Numbered from the stretch's first letter, positions 33,540 through 47,010 are shown. The stretch is 64,000 nt of DNA from Selaginella moellendorffii (GCF_000143415.4 NW_003314331.1:367507-431506); one strand, 5' to 3'. The notes: a model not told the origin generated them from the sequence alone. Numbers and translations are program-made.

Positions 33540-34680
33540 ATGCAATGTAGACACTGTTATCTTAAGACAGTTGATACTCAGTCTGAGCAAGCACTGCTTT
33601 TGTTCTATAGTATGGATCTTGGAGATCTAGCAGAGACAAATCGCAGCTCTCAGGAGCCAAGACGTTTATATGTTTCCCCATCCTTGGTCAGTTTTAAAGT
33701 GTTCCAGTTTGTTGGTCTCTACCTTAAGATCTGACGAAAAGTCAGTAATTTCTCTCGGAGAACCAGCCTTCTGCAGGTGGTAGTTGACCAATTTAAACAA
33801 AACCTCTTCAGCTGGAAGACGAAGAAGCTCTTCTATATCCTAGAAACTTTAGAATTTTCACACAGATTCATTTTTTATTACCTCTGTATCGCTTACCATC
33901 TCCGCGAGCTCTGGTGCCGCTTTCATGTTGACGCCAGAAAGGCATTGAATCTGACAAAACACTGATGCTCAGGATGAGGTGAGACTGCATAGACAAAAAC
34001 AAGATTGTTTTTGCGCATAAAATGGAAACTCTTCCAGCGATCAAATCTTCGGTTCCAATGTTCACAACCAAGCAATTGCTTTTGCAGAGTTCAAGCATAG
34101 TGTGTGATTCTCGACCTTTTCCCAAGTATTGAGATCCTTTTTCATATTGAGAGCCCTACGTTGATCAGTTTGCTGCAAGACCAGTGATTAGTTTTTCAGC
34201 GTGAAAACACGACCAGAAACTTACCAGATCAGTATACCGTCCTGAACAGCGTCAAAGAGATCATCCCTAGACGAGTCAATCGCAAGAAAGAAGGAATGTC
34301 CCCCATGGAAAGATGGCTATTAATATGATCGCTTTTTTCCTTGTGGTAGTTGATCTTTTCATGGGCTCGTTTGTGGGCTGATTTTGACGCCGCTCTTTTG
34401 AATCTCCAAGTATATCTGCAGAGACAAGAATGTTCGATTGAGAGACTTCGGAAACGATGATCGCGTTACCGACAGAAAGGCCTCATTATCCAAGCTGCTG
34501 CTCCTTTCTTTCAGTCTTGAAAGTCCATCTTTGAACTCTTTGGCGGTGATCACGTCGCTACTGCTCCCGAAAAAGCTGAGAAAAAGAAAGAAAGAACGAG
34601 GTTCCTTACCTCGGATTTGAGCGAGCGAAGCTCATTCAGCGTAAATTGGCTCGCCAAAAGAGGATCGGACACCACAACGC
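33540..34680 (-). pseudogene. Fimbrin pseudogene (N-terminus, CH1 and CH2)
   Basis: [80 protein letters not shown]; deletions. Confidence 0.85.
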
Positions 34681-35049
34681 CCCCCCCCCCAAAGGCAGCC
34701 ATCCCCTCAGCTCAGTCGCTCGGTCGCCAATTGTCTTCAAAGCATTCGGGTGGAAGGAAAGAACCACCAGCCACACCAAAATCGAGCTTTCTTCTTCGTC
34801 TCTCTGCCGTCTTTGTCGATTTCTTGTCCTTGAAAATGTCAGGATGGATTAAACCGCCAAAGCTCTGCGAGAAAAACCAGCTCCTGAGGAGTGACTTGAG
34901 ACAAAAGCAAACGCTTTGCACGTCCTGGAGTTTAATGCCGGGTACAAGGGCAAAGTTGCTCTACAGCGCTTATACTCCGCCAGCACGCTTTTCGTTAGTG
35001 TCCGAGATCATCGCAATACAGAGAAAAAGAAGAAGATTGAAAAAATCCC

Positions 35050-35851
35050 ACCTTTGTTGACGAGCTCGAGCAATTCTCCTTCTCCTAGATCCGCAAGCGA
35101 GGCGTAGTACGTTGGATCGTAGATCGAGCCACCGAGGATCGGGTTATGGACGTCTGTCTGGCGGTCCCAGGAGTGGAAACCGGTGTGCTCTCAACGGAAG
35201 TAGCAGCGGGCTGGACAAGCCTCTAGTAGCAACTAGCGAGATTATGTGTGGCGAGAGACGGTCCTAGCCGGTTTGCAACCAAACCAGCGCCGAGAAGCTC
35301 CGCGTGAAGCCGATGATCTCCATCCATAGCGCAAGCTCCACCGAGAAGATCGCAATTCGTGGAGATCGGCCGTAACGCCTGCACGTAGAGAAAGCTCTTT
35401 AGAATCTTAGAATAAGGAAACTCTCGAGGAGAAACAAAACACTGTAAAGCACGAGTGGACAACTCTCTTAGATTAAAGAACAACAAAACATGAAAGGAGC
35501 AAACCAAGAAGAAACAGAAACTTACCTGATCTCATAGGAGAAGAAAATAAACCAAAGTATGTCGAGAAGCAAGGCACACACTAGCAATGCGGCATAAGTG
35601 CGGCCAAGGTGACTCCCACTCTCAATCGCCACAAGAGCAAACAACGCGATCGCTAGATTTGCAAGCAAGTGTAGAGTGTGCCGAGGGGGCCGATCAGCGC
35701 ACACTGCGGCAGCAGAAGATTACAAGTGGATGAAATTGGGATGGATCTGACCTGAAGTAAATGGATGGAAGGGACAATAAATTACCTGGACATATTGCAA
35801 AATCACCGCTAGCGACTGCACATCCTGAATGCAGTCGACGAGCCAGCGCAT
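35050..35851 (-). pseudogene. At1g55535/At3g13420-like multi-pass membrane protein gene, frameshifted
   Basis: MRWL..VQSLAVILQYVQ|CALIGPLG, NLAIALFALVAIESGSHLGRTYAALL..LDILWF, LALWMEIIGF, ILGGSIYDPTYYASL. Confidence 0.7.
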
Positions 35852-35999
35852 AGCTCCGCCCCGAAAACCCAGAAATGGCGAGCATTGTTCAAAAGGTCTT
35901 AACTTTAAATGTCACTTTTGAAAAGAGATGACGAACTACTTCCTCGGGTCTTCCCGATCAGCTATGGTGGAATTCCGTGAAGTGGTGCTATGGAAAGCC

Positions 36000-36900
36000 A
36001 TACCTCGATTACCTTCATAGCTAGTGCTTACAAAAGTTGTAAACAGCTTGATATATTTAGGAGATATTCAAGCTGAAGAGTGTGTTCAGCAAAGAAAGAG
36101 AGCCTGGAATCATATCAGTTATCTAGAAATATCCAAATTCTGGATGTGATTTCCTAGCATGGAGATCAATAGCTTTTACAAAGGTTGTCTGCCTAGAGGT
36201 TGAACTCTTGAGCTTGACTGACAATCTACTCAAGTTCAACTTCTGTATGCAGTTTTGTGTTTGCCACACTACACCAAAGCTAACATGAAGTTTTCAAAAG
36301 TTACACCAAAGCCAACATAAAATTCTCAAAAGTTACATGTGTCAAGGATGACCATGCAAAGTCAATTGTTACTGTCCAGCAGTTGTAAGGTGATCAATCT
36401 TTCAAACCAATCCATTAAAAAACAAAACTTGATCCAAAGATGAATTATACGCCTAGACATGGATTATAATGTTTTAGGATGCATCCTCTTCTTATCCTGA
36501 TTTATTTCTGCTAATAGTATTATGTAGCTGTTCATCACATCAGTCTAACACACTGAATCTAACTCAAATAAATTTTCTTTAGATGAAAAGTTATTTTACT
36601 GTGAATGCTTATTCTAATAAATTTGACTAATTACAAAAGTAAATAGCAAATAGATTGCAAGAACTTCTGTCTGAAATTGTTTTGGCAACAACTATATTTC
36701 CAATAACATGTCCATGATCCTCCTTTTTTGATCTAGCCTTCATTATGTTACTTGTTTTGTTTTTATTTTTAGAAATTTTTACAATTCCTTGTGCTAGTGG
36801 CATTTGGATCTTGTTAGATCGTCAAAAGAAACATTGATTACAACCACTCTTATTTTCCCAGACTTGTGACATGATGACATACTCTTCAAGTTTTGGTATT
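36000..36900 (-). pseudogene. Highly degenerate PPR-like relic (paralogous to 40150-40800)
   Basis: Shares blocks with 40150-40800 (e.g. GACCATGCAAAG and TT..GGCAAC.ACTA.ATTTCC). Confidence 0.35.
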
Positions 36901-38099
36901 GATCTCAAGGTCACAAGTGAAATTTAGCAGAAGGTTTGCTGTGGAGATCTTGGAAAGTACCCTAGCATAACAATTGAAAATGTAAGTAGCTTAGCGACAG
37001 TAACAAGCCTCAAATTTGTAAGGTAGTTAATTTTTGCATTTTGTAGAGCAATTGTTATTTTCCTTCTTGATGGAAAGATAAAAATTACAATGGTCCTTCA
37101 TTGTGCAAGATAAAACTTAATTTATACTTTCCAATATAAAGATATTTATATATAAAAAAACACTTTTAATACAACTAATTCAATCACACAAAATCCTTCT
37201 TTCCTTCTTTTGATGCTATACATCATAAATATGCCCTTAAATTTGCACCCTGGAAAAATATATTTACTTTGTATTTGAAGAATAAGTTCTAATTTGCCCT
37301 GCCACTTGAAGGACATATTCAATTTTCACCTTGCACTAATGAAGTACAAAAATATTTTAATGTTGCTACTTGCAAGGTAAAGCAAATTTATATATTACAG
37401 TATGGATAATATTTTATCAAATATTATTAAAAATATTATAAGAATATCTTGGTGTCAAATTAATGAAGTCAATGTGAATAGAAAATGAGAAAGCAACAGC
37501 AATGATAAAAATAATATAAGATTGAAGCATTTTTTACTATTGCTAATGGGAGGGAGAAAAGACAGATATATCAACAAAATATGGCAAAACAAAAATTTCA
37601 TGATTCCTTTTTCGGTGAAAGACTTAAAATTATGATCTCCACCGTTACCTGAAAGTATATTCCGTTGAAGACCGTTCTGGTTTCACTTCGTGTTCATTGA
37701 ATCCCCAAACCATTTCCAATGACTCTCCTTCTGCGTGCAATATCCATATGGTGACACGCAGCAGCGGCTGGCAGCAAGTGCCGTTCGAGACGATGAGCAA
37801 AAACCGGTTGCCATACGTTCTCTTGTCAAATGCCTTGAAAAGAGGATGAGATGTTTCTATTTTCGCCAAAGCTGGACAGTCTTCATTGCTTGGATTTAGA
37901 TAGATGGCTTCAGTCAGTGATCGATGATGAGGTGAAAAGGCTGATCCAAAGTCCGGATACATTGAAACGAATTTTCTCCCTTGAGAAGCTTTACTTTTGC
38001 TATTAGAACCAGATGAAAAAGATGTCTCGTTAGGCAATTCATCTTCAAAGAATCATCACCTGCTTGAGATTCCCAACCTCGGCATATGCCACACCCATG

Positions 38100-38450
38100 G
38101 GTGTGATATCGAGAACATTAACAGCTCCATCGCGGCTACAGAGTTACCGCTGTATGTGTATGTGGCTAACATGGAGTTCCACGAGACAACAGATTTGTTT
38201 GGCATTCTGTTGAATAGAAACTGATCAAGTCCAAGCTAAAATGCATTCCGAGACGTGGTATCATATCAAAAACAATTATCTCAAACCTTGCTGCTGACCA
38301 AATTGGATGTATGCAAAGAATGGATATCACGCTGTGAAACGGAATGGATTCAAACAGTTGCTGGGCGTAGCCATCACATTACATTCCAGACATCCTTGTG
38401 TGGGATTTGGCCGAAGGGGCATTACATGTTATTTGGTATTTGAAAACTCA
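38100..38450 (-). pseudogene. PLS-class PPR remnant
   Basis: FLFNRMPNKSVVSWNSMLATY; also QQLFESIP and IVFDMIP. Confidence 0.65.
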
Positions 38451-38849
38451 CAACAATGGCAAGCCTCCCGTCATCTTAAACAGCTGCATACGTCCTGGAT
38501 CTATCCCAGCACAAGAGATTGCTCCAAAGTACGTCCATTCCATGTTGCTTCCCCAGCCACTGATTGCGAAAACAAAGGGCGGGAAAGTCCGAAGCAAACT
38601 CTACAATTTTTGTTCCTCTCATGCAGTACTGTGCCTCCGTGTCTGGCTTGCGTAGCCCAAAGACTCGATAGAGCAGCTTGCATTAAGCGAGAAGGAACGC
38701 GAGGCTAACCAAGACGCCGCCTCATGGCAAAGATAATTCATGCGTCAAGACCCCACAAAGACTATCGATAGATAGATATGCAGCCCAAAAACTCGGATAC
38801 CACAGCTCGGTCTCCCGTATAATTCGGACAGACGCGCGTTATTCTACGC

Positions 38850-39995
38850 GTTTGGAGAATTCCACGCATTTGACGTTCGATGACACATTCTTCCATACAC
38901 TCCGGAATCAAGATGGCAAATTCAAAATTTCCCATGGAGGAGATCCGGGAGCTGTGCCGATAAAGCTCGCCAGGGCCAAGCAAATCCTAGAAAAACACTC
39001 CTACATTCAAGGCCCCAACAATCCATCCTCGCGAGGAAGAATTCGTTGTCCAATTCTTCTACTGGATGCAATAGTTCGCTTCCAAGAGGTCCGCGAGGAT
39101 GAATTCGGCCTCCAGTTCTACTTCCGCCTCCATCCCCCAGATCGACTACTCGGCGCCGGCAGCGCGATCCTCCAATGTCGGGGATCCAAATGATCCCCTC
39201 TTCGACGACCATACATGGCGGCCGTGCCCTTGCATCCAGCTCGACACCAGGAACCAGATACGCATCACGATCCCGGCATCGATCCAGCACAAAGTCCGCG
39301 AGCAGCGCGTGGCAATCTCACTGGTGATCGTGCCCAGCGTCCGCAACACGCCCGCCAACGTGGATGTGGAGCCGGATCAAGACCCTCTCGGTGGGCGTGC
39401 TCTTGATGGACGTGCTCAAGAACAAGGAGGCGCTGGGTTTCTACCCCTACCGGATCAGATTCTCGATCGAGCCACTGCTGGGCGATCCCAGTGCCGTCGC
39501 GATCACTCTACACGCGCAGGATCAGTGGAGCTGGGGAGAGGATCTGGGGAATGGAATACGAGGAATCGACAGAGACGGGGATGATCAGCGCTGGCGGGGA
39601 GGAGTCTGGGAACACGGCGGTGTTTGAGTGGAGGCTCTTGCGATAGAGCCACAATGGGGTGAGGTACAACGCGAACAAGCCACACTCTGGACTGGGCTTA
39701 TCTACCAAGTCTCTCAAGGTCCGTCCTCCATATAGCCATAGCCATCTCAATCTCAGTGGATCTCTCTCTTTTCTTCCAGGCCCCATTTCCAGGAGGAAGC
39801 ACAGGAATCAACGATGTCATGTGGCCTCTACACTCGAGCGTGAGATCAAAGTTTCCGCTCCAATTCAAGTTCCAGTTGGAGGTGGGAATGCATCTGCTGT
39901 GGTTTGTGGGCACGTACCGGCTGCTCCGAGTGGCCAAATGGACTAGCGAGGCATTTGAGTTTCATCACGAGTTTCTAGTCAATCCACCGTCCTGA
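38850..39995 (+). pseudogene. Family-X subfamily A copy A3
   Basis: WRPCPCIQLDTRNQIRITIP, EALGFYPYRIRFSIEP, AVFEWRLLR*SHN, same intron, FKFQLEVGMHLLWF, FEFHHEFLV; frameshifts and a stop. Confidence 0.75.
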
Positions 39996-40149
39996 AAGTG
40001 TTCATTGGAAACAAAAAAATCAAGTGGAATATAGAAAATGTCCTAATTTCTCTAGGACGGGGATTGCCACTTCATGGAGGACGAGATCACACCGTCATGG
40101 TGGCTCTAGATGTAATTAATCACACCGTTGGCGGAGCAAGAGAGCTTAA

Positions 40150-40800
40150 CAATGATCGATTCGTCCCAAAAACACCAAGGGTGAGAGATATTGCAAAGCT
40201 TCATGTCCCTTTGTCTGCTTAGAGCTTGAGTTTGCTCGTGAAGTTTTCAAAAGTTCGAGGACGACCATGCAAAGCGCTGGTCAATCTCGATCACTCTCTT
40301 AGACCGATCCATTGAAAGACAAAGTTGCATCGTCCCTGATCATGATGTTTCAAGATTCATCCTGATTTACTTTCTTTAATGGTTTCATGTAGTTGTTGAA
40401 TCGCTACATAAATTTTCCTTTTTTTGCATGAAATTTTATTTTGCTGTGAATGCTTTTTGTGACTGATTACAAAAGTAAATAGGACTAGCAGAAAATTACA
40501 AATTCGCAAGAACTCCAAAGAAATTTTGGTGGCAACTACATTTCCAAAAACATGCCCAAAATCGTTCACCATGTAGCTTGTTTTTGTTTTTTTTCATGCC
40601 AGTGGCACTTGTCTTGGAAACATTGACTACAACCATGCCTCCATGCAAATCTCCGATTTGTGACACGACCACATGTTTTGGTATGGATAACATCTTGATA
40701 ACATTTTGGTGACATCTATTCTTGGCTTATATCGAGAGAATTGTCGTCCAGTAAACCATGTCGCAGCAAGGAGCAAAATCGAACAAACATTTTGCTTCCT
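40150..40800 (-). pseudogene. PLS-class PPR remnant
   Basis: AKCLFDFAPCCDMVYWTTILSI*A matches AxxLFDxMPxxDxVSWTxML. Confidence 0.55.
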
Positions 40801-43800
40801 TAAGGTACATCGAACAGGTCCATCATGCACGCACATGCGACGGGTGATCACGAGATTAAAGGCATCCCTGTCGATCCGAGCCGAGCTCGATCGAGGCTGG
40901 TGCGAGTCCTGATGGACCAAACTGCGAGATTTATTTATTTCCAGCGCTTGCGCGATGGGCCCGCTATGTATGAACTCGACAATGTACAAAGCCGTGCTTC
41001 TCTCCACGGTGGAGAGGTCTCCTGCTCGTCACGTCCATGGTTTCAAACTCGTTCCATCGAAGCAACAGTATAGCTGCATTCTTTGCTTTGGCTACTTCCA
41101 GCAACCCGAGGAGCTCACTTTCTTGCTGACTTGAGAGATTGGGTCTGCGCTTGCCGGCAAGATCACAGCGCTACCGTTAACTTTCGAGCTGCGGGACAAG
41201 TGTGATCGATCCCCAGGACTCAGCTCGTTATGTTTTGCTTGCTACAACTCGAGAGGTTGATAAAGTACAAATTTCTTCCATAAAATTGTGTATACAGAAT
41301 TTCAAGTACATACATAGAAGATGGGCTCAAATGTTCTTACTTGAGCACCCACCTTTCTTGAGCGAATTTTTAAATGCGGGATCATGCTAATAATCCAAAC
41401 ACCCGCGGACGACATTAAATTGAGACGGAAGGTGGTGTCCAACTACTACATCTTGAAATGGGCCAACAATAAAGTGAGGCGCTCAGGCAAGGAGAGCCGT
41501 ATGGAGAGTTTCATGGTACAAACTTTGCTGTGAACTAATGTTTGCCAAGACACAAGTGGAACTGGAACTTACAGGACAAGAGCTTATCATCTGGCATCTT
41601 CTTCCTTGGTCTTCTCTGGGCTGTAGAACCACGCGTTGCAAACTGGCAGCTCATGACCAAAGGAGTAACAGGCAAGTAAACGAACTTAGCCCGTCCAAAT
41701 TAATCGATATAATCTTATGAATTGCAGATGATGAGAAGAAACAAAACGTGGTGTACGTGATCAGTGTGGACAGGAAGCTCAGTTGCAGCGTATTCTTGCT
41801 GTGGGATGACATTGTCGAGGTAGTTTTATTTTTTCGTTTTCCAGTGAGGGATTTCTTTGTTATTTGCTTTCGCAGGTGAGACCCAAGATGGTGATGATCT
41901 TCGTAGCCACCGTGATGCTGTAGAGTCTGGGCGAGAAGGCTAAAAAAGCTGCCAATACAGCTGTTGTTGTTGGGCTCCACAACAAAGTCTCTTCATTTCG
42001 TTTCTCCTTTGATTTTTTCATTGTAAAGAAGAATTCTTTGTAATACTCGCGTTCTTCCTCAATCATAGTGCATTTTTTCCTTTGGTTTCTAGCACGATTG
42101 CTTGTGCGAGTGTTTCTGCTCCAGAGTTTCCTAGCGGCCAGCCACAGGGACGAGGAGATGGATGTGGAACCAAGTGCATTTTTCCTCCTAAACGAGGAGA
42201 TGGATGTGCGGGACTTGACACTTCTTAGCGTGAGTGAGGTAAGATAGAAAAAATGAGAAGAAGAAGAAAGAGATAATTCCTCTTTTGTCATTATTGCAAG
42301 TACTAGAAATTGCCCAACAAGAAGCTGGCGAGTTGGCAAGGTGAAGTTCTCAAAAAAAAAAAAATCTGAGCCAAAAGACAAATACATTAGCCAAGAGTTT
42401 TATGACAGCTTGAAGCATAGCTCTAGTTCTCCTGCAGTGTTTTATATAAGAGAATTGTAGTTGTAGAAAGAGACATAAAGAATTTCTCACTGGAACTACT
42501 CTAGTGACTATAGCTGGGATAACATTGATCTCATAGCCGACCTAGAGGTGTTTACATAAAATCAAAAGTTCAAAGTCATCCAGTAAAATGAATGCTTTCA
42601 ATTGCGCTCGCCCAACCATGGCAGTATGGCTACCATCGTGAGAGCCAACTTCAGATATGTCGATCTTACCTATTCCTAACTAGGGCGTCTTACAAAGATG
42701 AGCAGAAAATTCTTGTGCAGCATATGAAAGATCCAAGCAGGCTCTCCAATTCTATAAGCACCAGCCATCCATTGCTAATCCAGCCCTAAAGAAAAATAGG
42801 ATGGATAAGACCCTACACACAGCATATGCATGAGCCAAGCTTTATATATCCAACATTGCAAAGGACGATCACTTGATATACCCATTCATAAATCCTATGC
42901 TTGAGCAATGCAAGCTCTTGGGCCTCCATCTCTAGTGCCCGGCACTACTTCTTTTTCTGCAAACTTTGAGGCTGCAATAAAGAAAAGAAACCTGGAGCAA
43001 GCAAAACTTTTGTGTCAAGGAGTTGTGATAAAACAAAATTCCTTGGCTGCAAGGGCAGAGTAGGAGGGGCTGTGGTAGAACAAGAGTTTTTCCCTTCTCG
43101 GCTACAACTTCCTAGTATTGCCCAGCAAATGCTGGATGAGTACAAAAATTAGTAATTTTATACAATTTTTTTCTTCTGATATTTTTATACACACACAACT
43201 AATATATTACCAAAGTGTAAAAACTGAATTACTATGTAAATATTATTGATAAAGATATTATATGCAGTATTACTTGGGAAAATGGATATATTTAGAATAC
43301 TAAGATTTTAAGAAACTTAATACTCAACCCAGAAAAAATTGAAACAAAATTGCTAAGAATGAGTTTTTTATAGATATAAGAAAAATATATTTAGTACACT
43401 TCTAGAGAAAAACAATAAAATAAGAATTACGAAAAATTAATTTTATTAATTAGATGTTACATGTAAAGTATGTTTTTTATTTGGGATATAAAAACATTTA
43501 GAATCCTAAAATATTAAGGAAACTAATATATTACTACCCAAACTCATAGAAATGTAAAAAAGAACTACTAATATTAATTATCATTAATTAAGGAAGCATT
43601 ATTTAATTACTATGTGTTGGAATATTTAAGAACATTAATATATTACTCAGACCCAAACATAACCTAAAATTAAAAAATTATAAATAACCCTTAAACTCAA
43701 ACACTTAAAAATAGAATCTAAATAAATTAATTTAATTTTAAGTAATATAGATTTAGTAAAGAATTACTTTGCCATGTGTTTTTCTTAGAATATAGAACAA

Positions 43801-44439
43801 TAAAACTACTACCCAGACCCAAGTAAATCTAAGAAAAGAAATACAAAAAAATCTATAAATTCAAAACCTGATATTCTATGTTTGTAAGATTTATGAAGGT
43901 GTTTAATTTGTTTGTATTAAGACTAAGCTAACCCACACCTTGAGCATGCTGTAATTGCTGGATCAATACATCCACAGCTTAGGGGCAACTCTATCTATCA
44001 ACTAAACATATACATAAAAAAGAAAATTGTAAGACAGTGTAAGTGCCATCTTAATTATACTAACTGATTGAGGCAAGTTTAAGTCAAAATGAATTTTAAT
44101 CATAGTATCCAAGCTAGGAAACTATATTCTTGGCCCAATGGTTTTGCCACCTAAGTAACATCTCCTGTACAATCACCAGCAGACTCAGCAGCCATGCCCT
44201 ACGAGAACCCCAAGAGCTGTTATTGTGCCCACACAATCCCTCACAAGAGTTTTCCAGGAGCCAAAAAAAATTGATAAGCCATGCAGGAGGGCCATAGACC
44301 CACAGCAAGGAACATTTTTTATCGCCTATTGTCCATGGCTTATGCCTCAGCAATTCTTTACCCCAACATCCAGCCTCCACCCACAACCGGAGGAAGGTGG
44401 AACAACGAAAGAGGTTGTGCTTACCCTGACTTTGATCAA

Positions 44440-44700
44440 CCATGGTGGACTTGACACTCTTAGCCTTCTGCTTCTGGAACTCTTGCGCGAGCGAGCAAAA
44501 GCAGTGGGAGAAAAAATCTTGGCTCCACGATCTAGGCAGCTTGTCCTTCTCCCAGAGCTTGGTTCTGTAGTGCGTAGAGAGGCAGCAATATAGCCCAGCA
44601 GTGCAAAGCAAGCAATACAAGAGCCTGTTAAACAAGCACACTGAGAAAATGAGTGCGATAACCATCTACAAACTTGTAGTGTTACTAGGCTCTGAAAGCC
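44440..44700 (-). pseudogene. PLAC8/PCR/CNR (FW2.2-like) Cys-rich C-terminal fragment
   Basis: LYCCLSTHYRTKLWEKDKLP..QDFFSHCFCSLAQEFQKQK matches the PLAC8 pattern YRxKLRxxYxL..DCxxHxxCxxCALCQExREL. Confidence 0.6.
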
Positions 44701-44904
44701 TGAGCACACTTACCAAAAGCTCCAAAAGGAAGCCATCTATCATAATGGATTGTGGTTATTTTAAGTAATATATATTATTAAACAAAGAATATTAATGATC
44801 ATCTCATTTTAAACCACTCTTTTGCACGCTTTAAAGCCATAAAACAATTTTAACTTTCCTGTTGAAAATGAAACTTTTAAATAATAATACTATTAGTATT
44901 ATTT

Positions 44905-45008
44905 TATATACATACATACATATATATACATATACATATATACATACATACATACATATATATATACACATACATATATACATATATACATATACATACA
45001 TATATATA
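44905..45008. repeat. Compound (TA)n/(TACA)n microsatellite
   Basis: Directly visible run of tatacatacatacatatata.. Confidence 0.95.
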
Positions 45009-46099
45009 GTAAGAGATACAAAAACAAAAAAGAAAGTTTTTATTTCCCTTAAAATAAGAATTAAATCATACTCTTATTTAATAGTTATGAGCTTTTAAAT
45101 AAACTTTTAAAAGGACTTTTTTGGAGGAAAAATGACACAATGCTCTTCCTTTGTAGTTTTGATTTCTAAGTAAAACTTTAAAAAATATCTTTTTCTACTA
45201 CCAACTCAAGGATAATTTAGTTAAATTTTTTCTTTTAATTATTCTATAAATAACACTAATTTTTTATATTAATTTTTCCTTTTAATTTCTTTTATTTTTA
45301 TCATATAAATACTTTGTGACAATTATGACTTCAACTTTTCCTACTTATGACTCTAACTTTTCTATTGCTTGCACACATACACATATTTTAAAACTAATAT
45401 ACATATGCATATTCATGCAAAAAATAGTTTCAAAATATATTTATGTAAGAAAATAAATAAATAATTTGAGAGAGACAGATTATTAGTGTTTTATAAATTG
45501 ATTAAGGGTTTTGAAATATTTATTTTTGTATCTCAAAACCCTTAAATCAACAGGTGTGGCAGCTAGTCTCAAGGGAGTTAACTATTATATTACTTTTGTG
45601 CATTACCTTGCTTATAGAACAAACTTATATATAGAAGATGTTTACAAAAATTCAGTAGTTTGTGAGCTTTATAACGAAATAGATAATCTTGTGAATAGAG
45701 TGATTGTGTTTTTCTCTAAAATTTTCAACATATTGCAATAATTGAAAACACTAAACTAAATTTTCATATATTAAATATATTGCATATCTAGCAAACTTGA
45801 TAGTTGAGCAAAGGTAGAGCAATCAATTATATATATAGCAATTGTTAAATTTTTTAAAGGATGATGGAGCTTAAAATTGTGACAAAGCATAAGGTAGTGA
45901 ACTTCATCTAAAGAGGATATGAAGAGAAAATTAAAAAGTAAGATAGAAATATAGGAGGAAGTAATGAAGAGACAAAAATGATAGAAACAAAGGGACAAAA
46001 TAAAACAAAAGTGAAAAGAATGGAAAAGATATAAGGAAGTATAAAACAAGCTTAAAGTTATATTTAGCATGATTGCATTGTAACTAATTTATAACAAAG

Positions 46100-47010
46100 A
46101 GGTCAAAAGTTTGACTTAGCATCATTTTGTTAACGCCAAAGTCTCCATTTAAGAAATGGAGAACATCAATTTGAAAAATGCTAACAACATTGATACATAT
46201 GACTAACCTCATCACACACTTAACAATAGATATCACAACCACAACCACATCTTTAAATTCAAGTAACAATAACATTAACCTCCATTGGAATAAGATAATC
46301 TCCCACAACAAGTGGAGTTAAAGGATGTGCAATGAGAAATAAGAAGTATTAATATCTCACAAAGTTGTGCCAAGCAAAAAACATTATCAAGGGTGGTTGG
46401 AATAAATACATGCACAAGTCCTACACGATCTTAACAAAGTGTTAGCTACAACATTCCTAATTTAATCCGTTCTAATATATTTGGTTTTGCATGAAGCAAA
46501 AAGCCTTGGAAATGAATATTAATTTGCATCATTAACTTAGATGGCCCTTGACAAAGATGATACAATTGTTGGAAGGCATTATCACAATTGTTAGTATGTC
46601 CAAATATGTGTTTAAAGATGTCTAAGAAAATGCTCCAATTTGCACAATGACTATAGTCAAATTATTGCAATGTTATACCTTGGAGACACGTGGGAAACTC
46701 ATGCAAACACTAAATATCATCCCAAGAATGATATGTGGCAATCACTGTAAAATGATTGAACTAATGGTACATATTATTTGTAGGATTGCTACAGAAAAAC
46801 TTTAGTCAAACACAAAGATTGGTAGCAAGAGCAAAAGAAGTTGTACCATGCTCTGTGAATGTCACCATTAACTAAGTTTAATTGTTCAATTACAACCACA
46901 TAACATTGATCAATTGCACTAACTACTATTCCAGAGTCAAAGGAGGAAGAAGCTATTGCTCTACTATGAAAATGAATGGAGAAAAAAGGAAAAAACAATA
47001 GACAATACAA
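46100..47010 (-). mobile_element. Degenerate Ty3/gypsy pol relic
   Basis: In gypsy order on the minus strand: protease-like FDSGIVVSAI, linker-like CDNAFQQL, integrase Zn-finger-like LHFLNGDFGVNK. Confidence 0.45.

Noticed and set aside
34712-35040. Separate gene between the TM gene and fimbrin (..ECFEDNWRPSD*)
   Set aside because: Frame and splice pattern ambiguous; may be 3' exons or UTR of the TM gene; no family recognised.
36900-37630. RT-like trace SFKWQGKL on the minus strand
   Set aside because: Single short motif in AT-rich DNA; insufficient.
44862-45098. 78-aa YIHT-rich ORF
   Set aside because: Microsatellite translation.
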